A stretch of DNA of 34,568 nucleotides from assembly GCA_003990765.1 (NCBI GenBank), contig RBNJ01000272.1:1-34568 (forward strand), in the 5' to 3' direction. The stretch is from Jimgerdemannia flammicorona. Taxonomy: Eukaryota. Both the position numbers and the translations under genes were made by a program. The notes below the pieces were generated by a model. It had not been told where the DNA came from and did no database searches. It saw only the letters and a program-made list of their open reading frames with translations. How positions within the stretch are numbered: the first letter of the stretch is position 1; every line of letters starts with the position of its first letter. Shown piece after piece: positions 22,200 to 33,317 of this stretch.

Positions 22200-25100
22200 A
22201 ATACCCAGACAAGATGGATATGAGACTGTCAGTATTTTATGGATATATCTTAGATAAATCAATCATCACCTTCATTGATGATTTTGAGCAGTATGCCACT
22301 GTAAGGGCCCTGACAGCAGCACAGCAAGTAGCCCTCATGCCCTTCAGCCTATGAGGTCCTGCCAGAGCAGCATTTACAGCCACAACCCATGCAGGAAATG
22401 ATGCCAATGCTATACTGACAGTACAGAAGACCTGGCTCCAAAATACATATTATACGGACAAGATCAAGCAAGCTCTGAAGGATCAGCTCAATACAATATA
22501 CCAAGGAATGAGTGAGGATCCAAACACATTCTATACCAGAATTCGATATTAGATAATCCTTGCAGATTATGCTGCTGCTATCTGAGATCAAGTAGTCAAA
22601 GCAATCTTCATGAAAGGAGTCTATCCAGAAATAGCCATGGCTATCTGCTCATCACTAGTGATTCTGGATCTGCTACAGAAGGTCACCTATGCTCAGCGAT
22701 ACTGGATAGCCAGACATCCACAAGACCATACAATAGAAAGAGTTACAGGAGTCAAAATCAAAGCACCCAAGGCAACCAGTGTGATCTCTACCACAATGAT
22801 CAATCAAAACACACCTCAGCCAAAAGCTACAGAGCAGCAAAAGAACAGTGACCCTATGGAGGAACTCGCCAAAAGGTTTGCCAAAATGACTGCCCACCTG
22901 GGAGATATGGTAAAGGAAATTTGAGAAAGAGACCGCCACCCTGTCCAGAAGTTTGCTGCCATCTCAGATAAGAAGAAAGGCACCTGCTATACTTGCAGAG
23001 AAGAAGGCCACTACTCCTATGAATATATGAGTGAAACCAAGCACAAGGCTCAACCAAACAATGCTATATGAAACAAGGAGCAGGCCAATACAATTACCTT
23101 CGAGGAAATTGGAGATTCTGATGAAGAAGAATAGGAGGCCTATCCTGCTCAGACTACCAAGAAGGATGTTTGCAAGGAACCCTACAAGAGACCACCAGGA
23201 AGACCCAAGAAGAACCTAGTAGAAAAGCAGATGGAAATGGCTACCGAAAGCCAAGCTGAAGAGATGGACCAAGATATGGAGCTGGAGTAAGCAGTTCAAG
23301 ATATCATCCAAGGAATCACTCCAGCCAGTAAAGGAGAAAAAGAAAAGAAGCTTTGCAAGACCAAGACCTTTAAGTATGATATCTTCAAGAACCTCAGTCA
23401 ACAAAAGGTCAATACAACCTTTGGTCAGCTCGCAGAAATCCCAACATTCAGACAGCAAATAAGGTTTGAACTTGCTGAAACAACTAAGAAACAAGGATGG
23501 AAGATAACTGAGGCCAATAATGTTCAAGAGGACTCAGGAGAAGAAAGTGAGGACAATCGCAAAACCTCTGCTTATGCAACATACCAAATTAAAGATAGAA
23601 TCTTTGAAGCCATTATTGATATGGGAGCAGGAGGATGTCTCCTCAGCAAGAAGACAGCAGACCGCCTAGATTGAGATGTGGAAGAAGCAACTAAGCTGGG
23701 TTTGTCACAGCTGATGGCACAAGAGCCACACCTCTGGGAAAGATCCAAGATGTTCCCATCAAGATTGGAGGAGTAACCATCCCAGTAGATGTAATTGTAA
23801 CCAATGCCACTAACTATGACATCCTCATCAGCAATCAATGGCTTCATAAAGCCAAGGCAGTAATTGATCTCAATGCCCAGAAGATATAGAATCACCTATC
23901 AGGGACAGAAGATATGAATTCCCATCAATGTCAACAAAGGAGTCCTATCTGATATGGAGGAAGAAGAGAGTGAGCAAGAGGAAGCTTATATGGTGACTAC
24001 TCCAAAGAAGAAGAAAGTTGGATGGATAAGTAAAGAAGAATAGTGCAAGAAGATCACAGAAGGTTATGCTCTACAAGGAGTCTGTCCTCATGGGATCAAG
24101 ATGTACTATATGGAGCATGTCAATGATTGCTACCAGTGTACCATCAGAATCAAGAAGATCTACCAGGAAAGAAGGCAGAAAGCTCTTGAAAAACAGATCA
24201 GGGAAGAAGAGAAGGAGGAAGATGACAAACCACCAGCCCTCCTGGAAGACAGTAATGATGAAGAAGAAATCAAGGTCAAGATTCAAAAGATCCACCCTGA
24301 TGCAGTCTTGCCAGAATACAAGTCAGAAAATACAGCTAGAATGGACATCGCTACAGTAGAAGAGACTGTACTGGAACCCCAGACAACTACCCTACTTGCA
24401 ACTGGACTGGAGATGACCATCCCAAAGGATCATATCAGGATTCTCAAGACAAGAAGCAGCCTGGCTAAAAGCGAAATCACAATCGAAGGAGGAGTCATCG
24501 ATTCAGACTATACTGGAGAAATTCTACTCATTGCTAGGAATCACAATCCTACAATCCCATTTCTAGTCAAGAAGAAGGACTGGTTGGCACAAATGTTGAT
24601 CTTTCTGATCCTACAACTAAAGATCATAGAAGTTAAGAAGCTGGAGGAAATGCAAAGAGAAAAGAAAGGATTTGGATCCACAGAAAGAGGAGTATTCGCT
24701 AGCACCAAGATCACTGAACTCGAGCATAAGAAGGAGGAAAACACAAGCAAGCACAGCTATACCATCAGAAACAAATTTCCACTCAAGAAAGAACTCAAGA
24801 AAATACTCTACAAATTTGAAGATGTCCTTATCATAGATTTCAAGGATATCAAAGGAAAGACCCCACACTACTATCATAAAGTAGATACTGGAAACACCGA
24901 ACCAATTTATCAGAAGGCAAGACCTGTCCTGCCAGCCTACCGAGAATGACTCAGAGAAGAAATCAAGCAGATGGAAGAAGCCGGCATTATTAAGGAAGCC
25001 AGCAGCCCCTGGGCCTCACCTATTGTACTAGCCCCGAAAAAGGGCAGCAAGTCTGAAGAATTTGCCCCAAGACTCTGTGTTGACTATAGAAAGCTCAACA

Positions 25101-26191
25101 TGGTTACCAAAAAGGATCACCAACTACTGCCCCTCATCAATGATATCCTCATAATACTGGGAGATGAAGCATAGTACTATAGTACTTTGGACTTATACTC
25201 AGGATTCCACCAAATCGGACTCACAGACATGACAAGTGAAAAGTCAGCTTTCATCACCCCAGATGGAACCTATGTCTACCTATAAATACCATTTGGAATA
25301 TGCAATGCACCAGCAAGTTTCCAGCAAATGATGAATAAAATCTTCTACTATGACATGGGAAGATGGATGATGGTCTATATTGATGATGTAATCATCTATA
25401 GCCAGACACCAGAAGAACACCTGTAGCATATCTGGCAGATAATGGAAAGACTGAGAAAGCATGGCCTATACATTAAGCCCAAAAAATGCAAATTTGCAGA
25501 AATCAAGATCTCTTATCTCAGCCACATCATCAACCAAGATGGAACACACATGGACCCCCTCAAGATACAAGCAGTGGCAATATACTCAAGACCCACTACT
25601 GTTACAGAAGCCCAAGCCTTCATGGGACTTGCCTCCTATTATTGCAGATTTATTAGAGGATTTTCTAATATTGCAGGACCAATCTACAAACTTAACAAGA
25701 AGGATACTAAGTTCCAGTAGACTGGCAGACAACAAAAAGCATTTGATGAACTCAAGGTCAGACTGACCCAGGCACCCATCCTCAGAAGACCTGACTGGAC
25801 TCAAGAATTCATTCTACAGACTGATACAAGTACACAAGGACTAGGAGCAGTCCTAGTTCAAAAGAAAGATAAAGTGGAGTATGTCATTGCATACCTCAGC
25901 CGCGGAACCCAAGGAGCTGAAAAAGAATATGAATCCTACAAGTTGGAATGCCTCACAGTCATCTGGGTCATAGAAAAGTTCCACTACTACTTGGCTGGAA
26001 GACACTTCACCATCCAAATGGACCACTCAGCTCTCACCTGGCTACTGACAACCAGACAACCCAAAGGAATCTATGCCAGATGGATAATGAAGTTGCAAAC
26101 TTATGATGTAACCATTGTACACTGCTCTGGAAGAACCAATGTCAATGCAGATGCCCTCTCACAGACACCCCGAACTACCTCCAACCAATAA
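22200..26191 (+). pseudogene. G2 gag-pol (gag, CCHC, PR, dUTPase, RT, RNase H), ending at TAA 26189-26191; start approximate
   Basis: Zinc knuckle CYTCREEGHYSYEY (22985); PR AIIDMGAG (23618); RT SPWASPIVL, RLCVDYRKLN, DLYSGFHQI, YIDD; RH TDTS..GLGAVL..VIAYLSR..LECL..DHSAL..NVNADALS. Mostly one frame, with local indels near 23700 and 23890. Confidence 0.92.
24269..24685 (+). other. dUTPase domain in G2 pol, between protease and RT
   Basis: KIHPDAVLPEYKSENTARMDI, TGLEMTIP, KTRSSLA, GGVIDSDYTGEI, KDWLAQMLI, REKKGFGST. Confidence 0.92.
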
Positions 26192-26198
26192 ATTAATT

Positions 26199-27392
26199 AT
26201 GAATAAGGAGCTCTACTATGGAATTATCACATACCTGGGACAGTGAAAGATGCCCCAACATCTGGAAGAATGGATACAAATAATTATCAACAGAATATGG
26301 AAACAATTTGAAACTGATGGAGAAACACTGAAGAAAGAAAAACTACTAGTCATACCAGAACACAAGAAGGAGCAAGTGATGAAATCAGTATATGAACTTG
26401 GCCATCTAGGAGGAATAAATACATATGACAAGGCAAGAAGAACAATATGGTGATCAGGGATGGAGGAAGATATCAGACAATTTGTCAAGACCTGTGACAA
26501 ATGCCAGAAATAGAAATAAGACCAACGAAATCGAGCCCCAGAATCAGCACACATAGAACCAGTACTATTCGCCCACATTGTAATAAATGTAATCAGCCCT
26601 CTACCCTTGACTTTGACTGGCAACCGATACATCATCATCATCGTAGACCTTTTTACAAAATGGATAGAAGCAGGACCCCTTATGGAAGCCAATGTACAGT
26701 CAATCACTGATTTCTTCTACAAAGAAATCATCTGCCAATTCAAGACCCCAATGCAAGTAACAACAGATAGAGGAACAGAATTTGTGAACCAGTTCTTCAA
26801 AGTTCTCTATAAGAAGTACAAGATCCAGTATATTTGGACCACAGCATATCACTCTCAAGGAAACAGACAAGTAGAAAGGACCAACAAGACCCTCAAGAAT
26901 ATTATTGCTAAGATCTGTGATAACTATGAAAACTGGGATCACTATCTGCCAATAGCATTATCCGCTCTTCGGGATATCTGATCACAAAGTACCCACTTTA
27001 CCCCTCAAGAAATGCTGTTCAGAGAAGAATGTTCTCAGAGAACCCTATCATCCAATGGAGATGCTATATGGAAACATGTGGATATGGAAATATGGAGACT
27101 ATACCAAATCAGGAAGAAGGCTGAGGATTACATAACTAAGGCGCAGACACTACAATAGAGAAATGCAGAAAAGACCCACAAACTCTTGGAGATTATCAAG
27201 ATAGAAGACAAAGTCCTAGTGTATCGGAATATGGTAGAAGCTTCATGGTCACGAAAACTAGAGCCCAAGTGGGAAGGACCTTACCTTGTACAAGATATAA
27301 AAGGGACTACCTTTTGGCTACGAAAACTCTCAGGTACAATAATCCCCACTACTATTCACCGAAACTGACTCAAGAAATATCATAGCTAGTAA
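26199..27392 (+). pseudogene. G2 integrase encoded as its own ORF (+1 frame relative to RT-RH)
   Basis: ATG 7 nt after the RH stop. LGHLGG..CDKC zinc finger; VDLFTKW, TTDRGTEF, VERTN core; WEGPY motif; no chromodomain. Confidence 0.88.
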
Positions 27393-27405
27393 CAAAAGTA
27401 CTGCG

Positions 27406-27843
27406 ATGGCACTCAAGATTACTAGTGCTGCCCAAAGGGCCATCAAGAGACAATGGTACACCACTGAGCCTCCGACCATAGAGGAGTCTTATGACAGTAT
27501 CTAAAGTATCATGTAGACTCATCTCTCTTGGATCTCACACTTCAAGGCCTATCAGCATCGAAACGAATTTCAAGAGTACTTCAAACTTAGCCAAGTACTC
27601 AACCAAGACCCAGAAATGACTAAAGAAAATTGGATCATAGAATGCCAGCTCTCTTATTCCCAGATCACCATTGCTAAGAGAATCTATAAGCTATTCCGAG
27701 AGGATGAACCAGCACTAGCCCACCTGCAAGGAGTGACTCCCTCAGACTTCAACTGAGTCAGATGATACCATTGGGAAACAGTAATGCAACAAATCGCACA
27801 ATACAAGACCATACAGACCATTGAAGTCTGGGAGTTTGAATAG
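27406..27843 (+). pseudogene. G2 ORF3, unknown protein (116-145 aa) between integrase and PPT
   Basis: MALKITSAAQRAIKRQWYTTEPPTIEESYDSI(Q)SIM(Q)THLS...EVWEFE*. Same 438-nt length in the second copy (30420-29983), where most stops are sense codons. Confidence 0.7.
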
Positions 27844-27880
27844 ATGCTTTAAGGATGAGATCATCTATTCAGAAGGAAGT

Positions 27881-28340
27881 TGTGATAGTATAGCTAGATT
27901 TGGAAGAAGGAAATAGGGAATAGACACTTGATTGCACCCAGTCCCAAAGTAGTATAGCCACATAGTTAGCAGTCCTCGATTTCGCCACTTGCTAAATATT
28001 TTGCAAAGTGCGAGATTGAGCTTCTCGATATAGTATAGCATTTTGCAACTGGCAAAATATTTCGCAAAGTATTAAATGACTCATAACCTAGCCATGTAAC
28101 TCATCTCATAGCTAGCAAACTTGTATAAATAACCCAGTATCTTCGAGTGAATAAATCTTAGATTGAAATAGTTCAAAGCAAAAAGATAGCAAAGAAACTA
28201 GTAAGCCTGTAGGCAGATACACTTTGAACTCACCCACCCTCCTCTGCAACTTCAAGAGACTCTGTGAGAGTCAGAACAGTCAAGTTTACAAGATATAGAA
28301 ATCTGACATACTTTCAAGAGTAAGCATCTGCTATGTTATA
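27881..28340 (+). repeat. G2 3' LTR
   Basis: Direct repeat of 21641-22099, preceded by PPT. Confidence 0.95.
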
Positions 28341-28459
28341 CTATTTATCTTTGATTATAATAAATATTTTTGTAAGTCTCCTTTAGCAGAATGAAGTAGA
28401 AATAAAAAAAGCAGCCAGCCTTTTTATAAAGTTCCATTTGAATAGTCACCTGAAATTTA

Positions 28460-28705
28460 TAATGCAGGTTAATTTGATTCAAGTTTCAATTTAAACTTAA
28501 ATTTTCAAAATTCAATAACTTGATGAAAATATGTTCAAATTTAATGAATTTTAGCTTGTTAGATTTATCTTATCTAGGTGAATTCAGTATAATAAAGATC
28601 ATTAAATATGAATATATTTTAGATAAGTTATTGGATTTTAAAGTTTGACTCTCAATTTTGAATCAAATTAGATTTCAATTCAATTTAAATTCAATTTAAA
28701 TAATT
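28460..28705. mobile_element. Decayed, roughly palindromic MITE-like remnant
   Basis: AAAATTCAATAACTTGATGAAAATATGTTCAAATTTAATGA near 28510-28548 pairs with TCATTAAATATGAATATATTTTAGATAAGTTATTGGATTTT near 28600-28640; termini not resolved. Confidence 0.5.
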
Positions 28706-28829
28706 TCTAAAAAATAAAAATCTGAAAATATTTATATAAAATATAGAGAAAATTGTAATAAAACTATATACTAATAGAATTAATATATTGCAGATAATTA
28801 AGATAATTATTAGTTCTAAGTTCTAAGTA

Positions 28830-29192
28830 TTTATAAAAAAGTACTAAGTTCCAATTATCTAATTATAGTAGTATAGTCCAAGTATTACTTTTGGATTCAT
28901 ATACTGATGGAAGTACCATACTTGTATCTCAAGTTGATCAGACTTAGAATTATTAATAAGTCAAATCTGAGGGTTCTGTAATAAGATTATTGCTTTATTC
29001 TTATATTTGGAGAAAGTAGAGCTGAGGTTACAATATAATCAATATAGAGAATATTTATACAGATTTGAAGCTATAACTAAATATAGTATGGTAGGTATAT
29101 CTATATATAATTATACTATATTTAGTATTTATAACTATTAGTTAGAAATTCTATAGAAATTTCTATAGGAATTTCTGGTGGCTTATATGTAA
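28830..29192 (-). mobile_element. Possible decayed LTR plus adjacent internal fragment of another retroelement
   Basis: TGTAATAAG start at 28977 followed by TTGCTTTATTC, resembling the other minus-strand LTRs here; no partner LTR or coding motif found. Confidence 0.25.
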
Positions 29193-29453
29193 TAGTGCTC
29201 TCAACAAATTGAATCAAAGATTCAATTTAATTCAAAATTTAATTTAAATTCTATTTTTTGAAATATAATAACTTGACAAAAATATGTCCAAATTTAATAA
29301 GCTAAAGATTATTAAATTTGGATGTATTTTTATTGAGTTATTATATTTCTAAAAATAGAGTTCAAATCAGACTTTCAATTTGATTTAAATTTGATTTTAT
29401 TCAGACTTAATTCAAATTGAAAAATCTCTAATTTGATTTGTTTGGAAGTACTA
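29193..29453. mobile_element. hAT-family MITE (~260 bp, palindromic)
   Basis: Termini TAGTGCTCTCAACAAAT / ATTTGTTTGGAAGTACTA; internal inverted symmetry; flanks ATATGTAA and ATATAT (right TSD cut by the LTR at 29460). Confidence 0.7.
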
Positions 29454-29459
29454 ATATAT

Positions 29460-32400
29460 TGTAACATAGTGGATGCTTACTCTTGAAAGTACATTGGATT
29501 TCTGTATCTTAAAAACTTAACTATTCTGACTCTCGCAGAGTCTCTTGAAGTTGCAGGGGGAGTGGGTGAGTTCGAAGTATATCTGCCTGTAGGCTTACTA
29601 GTTTCTTTGCTATCTCTTTGCTTTGAACAATTTTGATCTGAGGTTTATTCACTCGAAGATACTGAGTTATTTATACAAGTTTTGCTAGCTATGAGATGGT
29701 TACTGGGTTATATGGCTAAGTTATGAGTCATTTAACACTTTGTGAAATATTTTGCCAGTTGCGAAATATTTCACCAGTTGTGAAATACTATATTATATCA
29801 AGAAGCTTGATCTCACACTTTGTGAAATATTTAGCAAGTGGCAAAATCAAGGACTGCTTACTATATGGTTATACTACTTTAAGACTGGGTGCGATCAAGT
29901 ATCTATTCCCTATTTCCTTCTTCTGAATCTGGCTATACTGTCACAACTTCCTCCTGAATAGATGACCTTATCCTTGAAGTATCTATTCAAACTCCCAGGC
30001 TTCAATGGTCTGTATGGTCTTATATTGTGCAATTTGTTGCATTACTATTTCCCAATGGTGTCGCCTGACTCAGTTGAAGTCTGAGGGAGTCACTTCTTGC
30101 AGGTGGACTAGTACTGGTTCATTCTCTCAGAATAGCTTGTGGATTCTCTTAGCAATGATGATCTGGGAATAGGAGAGCTGGCATTCTGCAATCCAATTTT
30201 CTTTGGTCATTTCTGGGTCTTAGTTGAGTACTTGGCTAAGTTTGAAGTACTCTTGAAATTTGTTTTAATGCTGATAGGCCTTGAAGTGTAAGATCTGAGA
30301 GAGATGAGTCTGCATAATGCTTTGGATACTATCATAAGACTCCTCTATGGTCAGAGGCTCAGTGGTGCACCATTATCTCTCAATGGCCCTTTGGGCAGTG
30401 CTAGTGATCTTGAGTGTCATCACAGTACTTTTGTTACTGGCCATGATATTTCTTGAGTTGGTTTCGGTGAATGGTGGTGGAGATTATTGTACCTGAGGGT
30501 TTTCATAGCCAAAAGGTAGTTCCTTTTATATCTTGCACCAGGTAAGGTCCTTCCCACTTGGGCTCCAGTTTTCATGACCATGAAGCTTCTACCATATTCT
30601 GATATACTAGGACTTTGTCTCCTATCTTGATAATCTCTAAGGATTTGTGGGTCTTTTCCACATTCCTCCATTGTAGTGTCTGCACCTTGGTTATGTAATC
30701 CTCAGTCTTCTTTCTGATTTGGTGTAATCTTCATATTTCTATATCCACATGTTTCCATACAGTATCTCTATTAGATGATAAGATTCCTTGAGAACATTCT
30801 TCTCTGAACAGCATTTCTCAAGGGGTAAAGTGGGTACTTTGTGATCGGATATCCTGGAGAGTGGATAATGCTATTGGCAGATAGTGATCCCAGTTTTCAT
30901 AGTTATTATAGATCTTAGTGATAATATTCTTGAGGGTCTTATTGGTCCTTTCTGCTTATCTATTTCCTTATAGGTGATAGGCTGTGGTCTGAATGTGCTA
31001 GATCTTGTACTTCTTGTAGAGAACCTCAAAGAGCTGGTTCACAAATTCTGTTCCTCTATCTGTAGTTACTTGTGTTGGGGTCTTGAACTGGCAGATGATT
31101 TCCTTATAGAAGAAATCAGCGATTGACTGTGCATTGGCTTCCTTGAGGGGTTCTGCTTCTATCCACTTCGTAAAAAGGTCTACGATGATAATGATATATC
31201 GGTTACCAGTCAGGGTCAAGGGTAGAGGGCTGATTACATCCATTGCTATGTGGGCAAATGGTACTGGTTCTATGTGTGCTGATCCTGGGGCCTGGTTTTG
31301 TTGGTCTTGTTTCTGTTTCTGGCATTTGTCACAGGTCTTGATGAATTGTCTGATATCTTCCTCTATCCCTGGCCACCATATTGTTCTTCTTGCCTTATCA
31401 TATGTATTTGTTCCTCCTAGATGGCCAAGTTTGTATACTGATTTCATTGCTTGCTCCTTCTTGTGTTCTGGTATAACTAGTAGTTTTCCTTTCTTCAGTG
31501 TTTCTCCATCAGTTTCGAATTGTTTCCATGTTTTGTTGATAATCATTTGTGTCCATTCTTCCAGATATTGGGGCATCTTTTGCTGTCCCAGTTATGTGAT
31601 AATTCCATAGTAGAGCTCCTTATTCATGATTAATTTGTAGTTTGGAATATCTGTGAGAGGGTATCTACATTGGCATTGGTTCTTCCAGGGTAGTGTACAA
31701 TGGTTACATCATAAGCTTGCAACTTCATTATCCATCTGGTATAGATTCCTTTGGGTTGTCTGGTTGTCAGTAGCTAGGTGAGAGCTGAGTGGTTTGTTTG
31801 GATGGTGAAGTGTCTTCCAGCCAAGTAGTAGTGGAACTTTTCTATGACCCAGATATCTGCAAGGCATTCCAACTTGTAGGATTCATATTCTTTTTCAGCT
31901 CCTCAGATTCCATGGCTGAGGTATGCGATGATGTATGTACTCTACTTTATCTTTCTTTTGAACTAGGACTGCTCCTAGTCCTTGTATACTTGCATCAGTC
32001 TGTAGGATGAATTCTTGAGTCCAGTCAGGTCTTCTGAGGATGGGTGCCTGGGTCAGTCTGACCTTGAGTTCATCAAATGCTTTTTGTTGTCTGCTAGTCC
32101 ACTGGAACTTGGTATTCTTCTTATTAAGTTCATAGATTGGTTCTGCAATATTAGAAAATCCTCTAATAAATCTGTGATAATAGGAGGCAAGTCCCATGAA
32201 GGCTTGGGCTTCTGTAATAGTGGTGGGTCTTGGGTATGCTGCAACTGCTTGTATCTTGAGGGGGTCTGTGTGTGTTCCATCTCGGTTGATGATATGGCTG
32301 AGATAGAAGATCTTAATTTCTGTGAATTTGCATTTTTTGGGCTTGATGTATAGGCCATGCTTTCTCAGTCTTTCCATTATCTGCCAGATGTACTGCAGGT

Positions 32401-33209
32401 GTTCTTCTGGTATCTGGCTGTAGATGATTATATCATCAACATAGACCATCATCCATCTTCCCATGTCATAGCAGAAGATTTTGTTCATCATTTACTGGAA
32501 ACTTGCTAGTGCATTGCACATTTCAAATGGCATTCATAGGTAAATGTAGGTTCCATCCAGAGTGATGAAAGCTGACTTTTCACTTGCCATGTCTGTGAGT
32601 CCGATTTGGTGGAATTCTGAGTATAAGTCCAAAGTGCTGTAGTACTGTACTTTATCTCCCAGTGTTATGAGGATGTCATTGATGAGGGGCAGTGGTTGGC
32701 AATTCTTTTTGGTAACCATTTTGAGCTTTCTGTAGTCAAGACAGAGTCTTGGGGCAAATTCTCCAGGCTTGCTGCCCTTTTTCGGGGCTAGTACAACAGA
32801 TGAGGACCAGGGGCTACTGGCTTCTTTAATGATACCAGCTTCTTCCATCTGCTTGATTTCTTCTCTGAGCCATTCTTGGTAGGCTGGCAGGACAGGTCTT
32901 GCCTTCTGATAAATTGGTTCAGTGTTTCCAGTATCTACTTCATGATAATAGTGTGGGGTCTTTCCTTTGATATCCTTGAAATCTGTGGCAAGGACATCTT
33001 CAAATTTGTGGAGTATTTTCTTGAGTTCTTTCTTGAGTGGAAATTTGTTTCTGATAGTGTAGCTGTGCTTGCTTGTGTTTTCCTCCTTCTTATGCTCAAG
33101 TTCAGTGATCTTGATACTGGCAAATACTCCTCTTCCTATGGATCCAAATCCTTTCTTTCCTCTTTTCATTTCCTCCAGCTTCTTAACTTCTATGATCTTT
33201 GGTTGTAGG
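29460..33209 (-). mobile_element. Second G2 copy (3' LTR 29460-29945, ORF3, IN, RH, RT, end of dUTPase), interrupted by a hAT transposon
   Basis: Reverse complement of ~24610-28340. ORFs 32534..33229 (KRGKKGFGS, RLCLDYRKL), 31895..32491 (YVDD) and 30998..31576 (IN). Confidence 0.95.
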
Positions 33210-33317
33210 TAGTGCTCCGAACGAGTCAATTCGAATCAAATCCGGATTCAATTCGTCACATGATGGTTTGATTCGAATCTCAAATCCGAAGCCATCCAGA
33301 TCAACTCAGATTTAATC

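Larger units (their letters stand above)
21641..28340 (+). mobile_element. Full-length Ty3/Gypsy family G2 element (non-chromo) with dUTPase, separate integrase ORF and ORF3
   Basis: LTRs 21641-22099 and 27881-28340; 4-bp TSD CTAT (21637-21640 / 28341-28344); PBS TGGTGCACATTGGCTGG at 22103; PPT AGAAGGAAG at 27871-27879. Confidence 0.96.

Noticed and set aside
21641..28340. Endogenous retrovirus interpretation (dUTPase plus ORF in env position)
   Set aside because: RT/RH/IN motifs are Ty3/Gypsy type and ORF3 is short with no signal peptide, furin site or TM helix
1104..33209. Frequent in-frame TGA/TAG/TAA suggesting an alternative genetic code
   Set aside because: All three stop types occur, they differ between copies of the same element, and the host F-box gene is clean; mutation decay explains them
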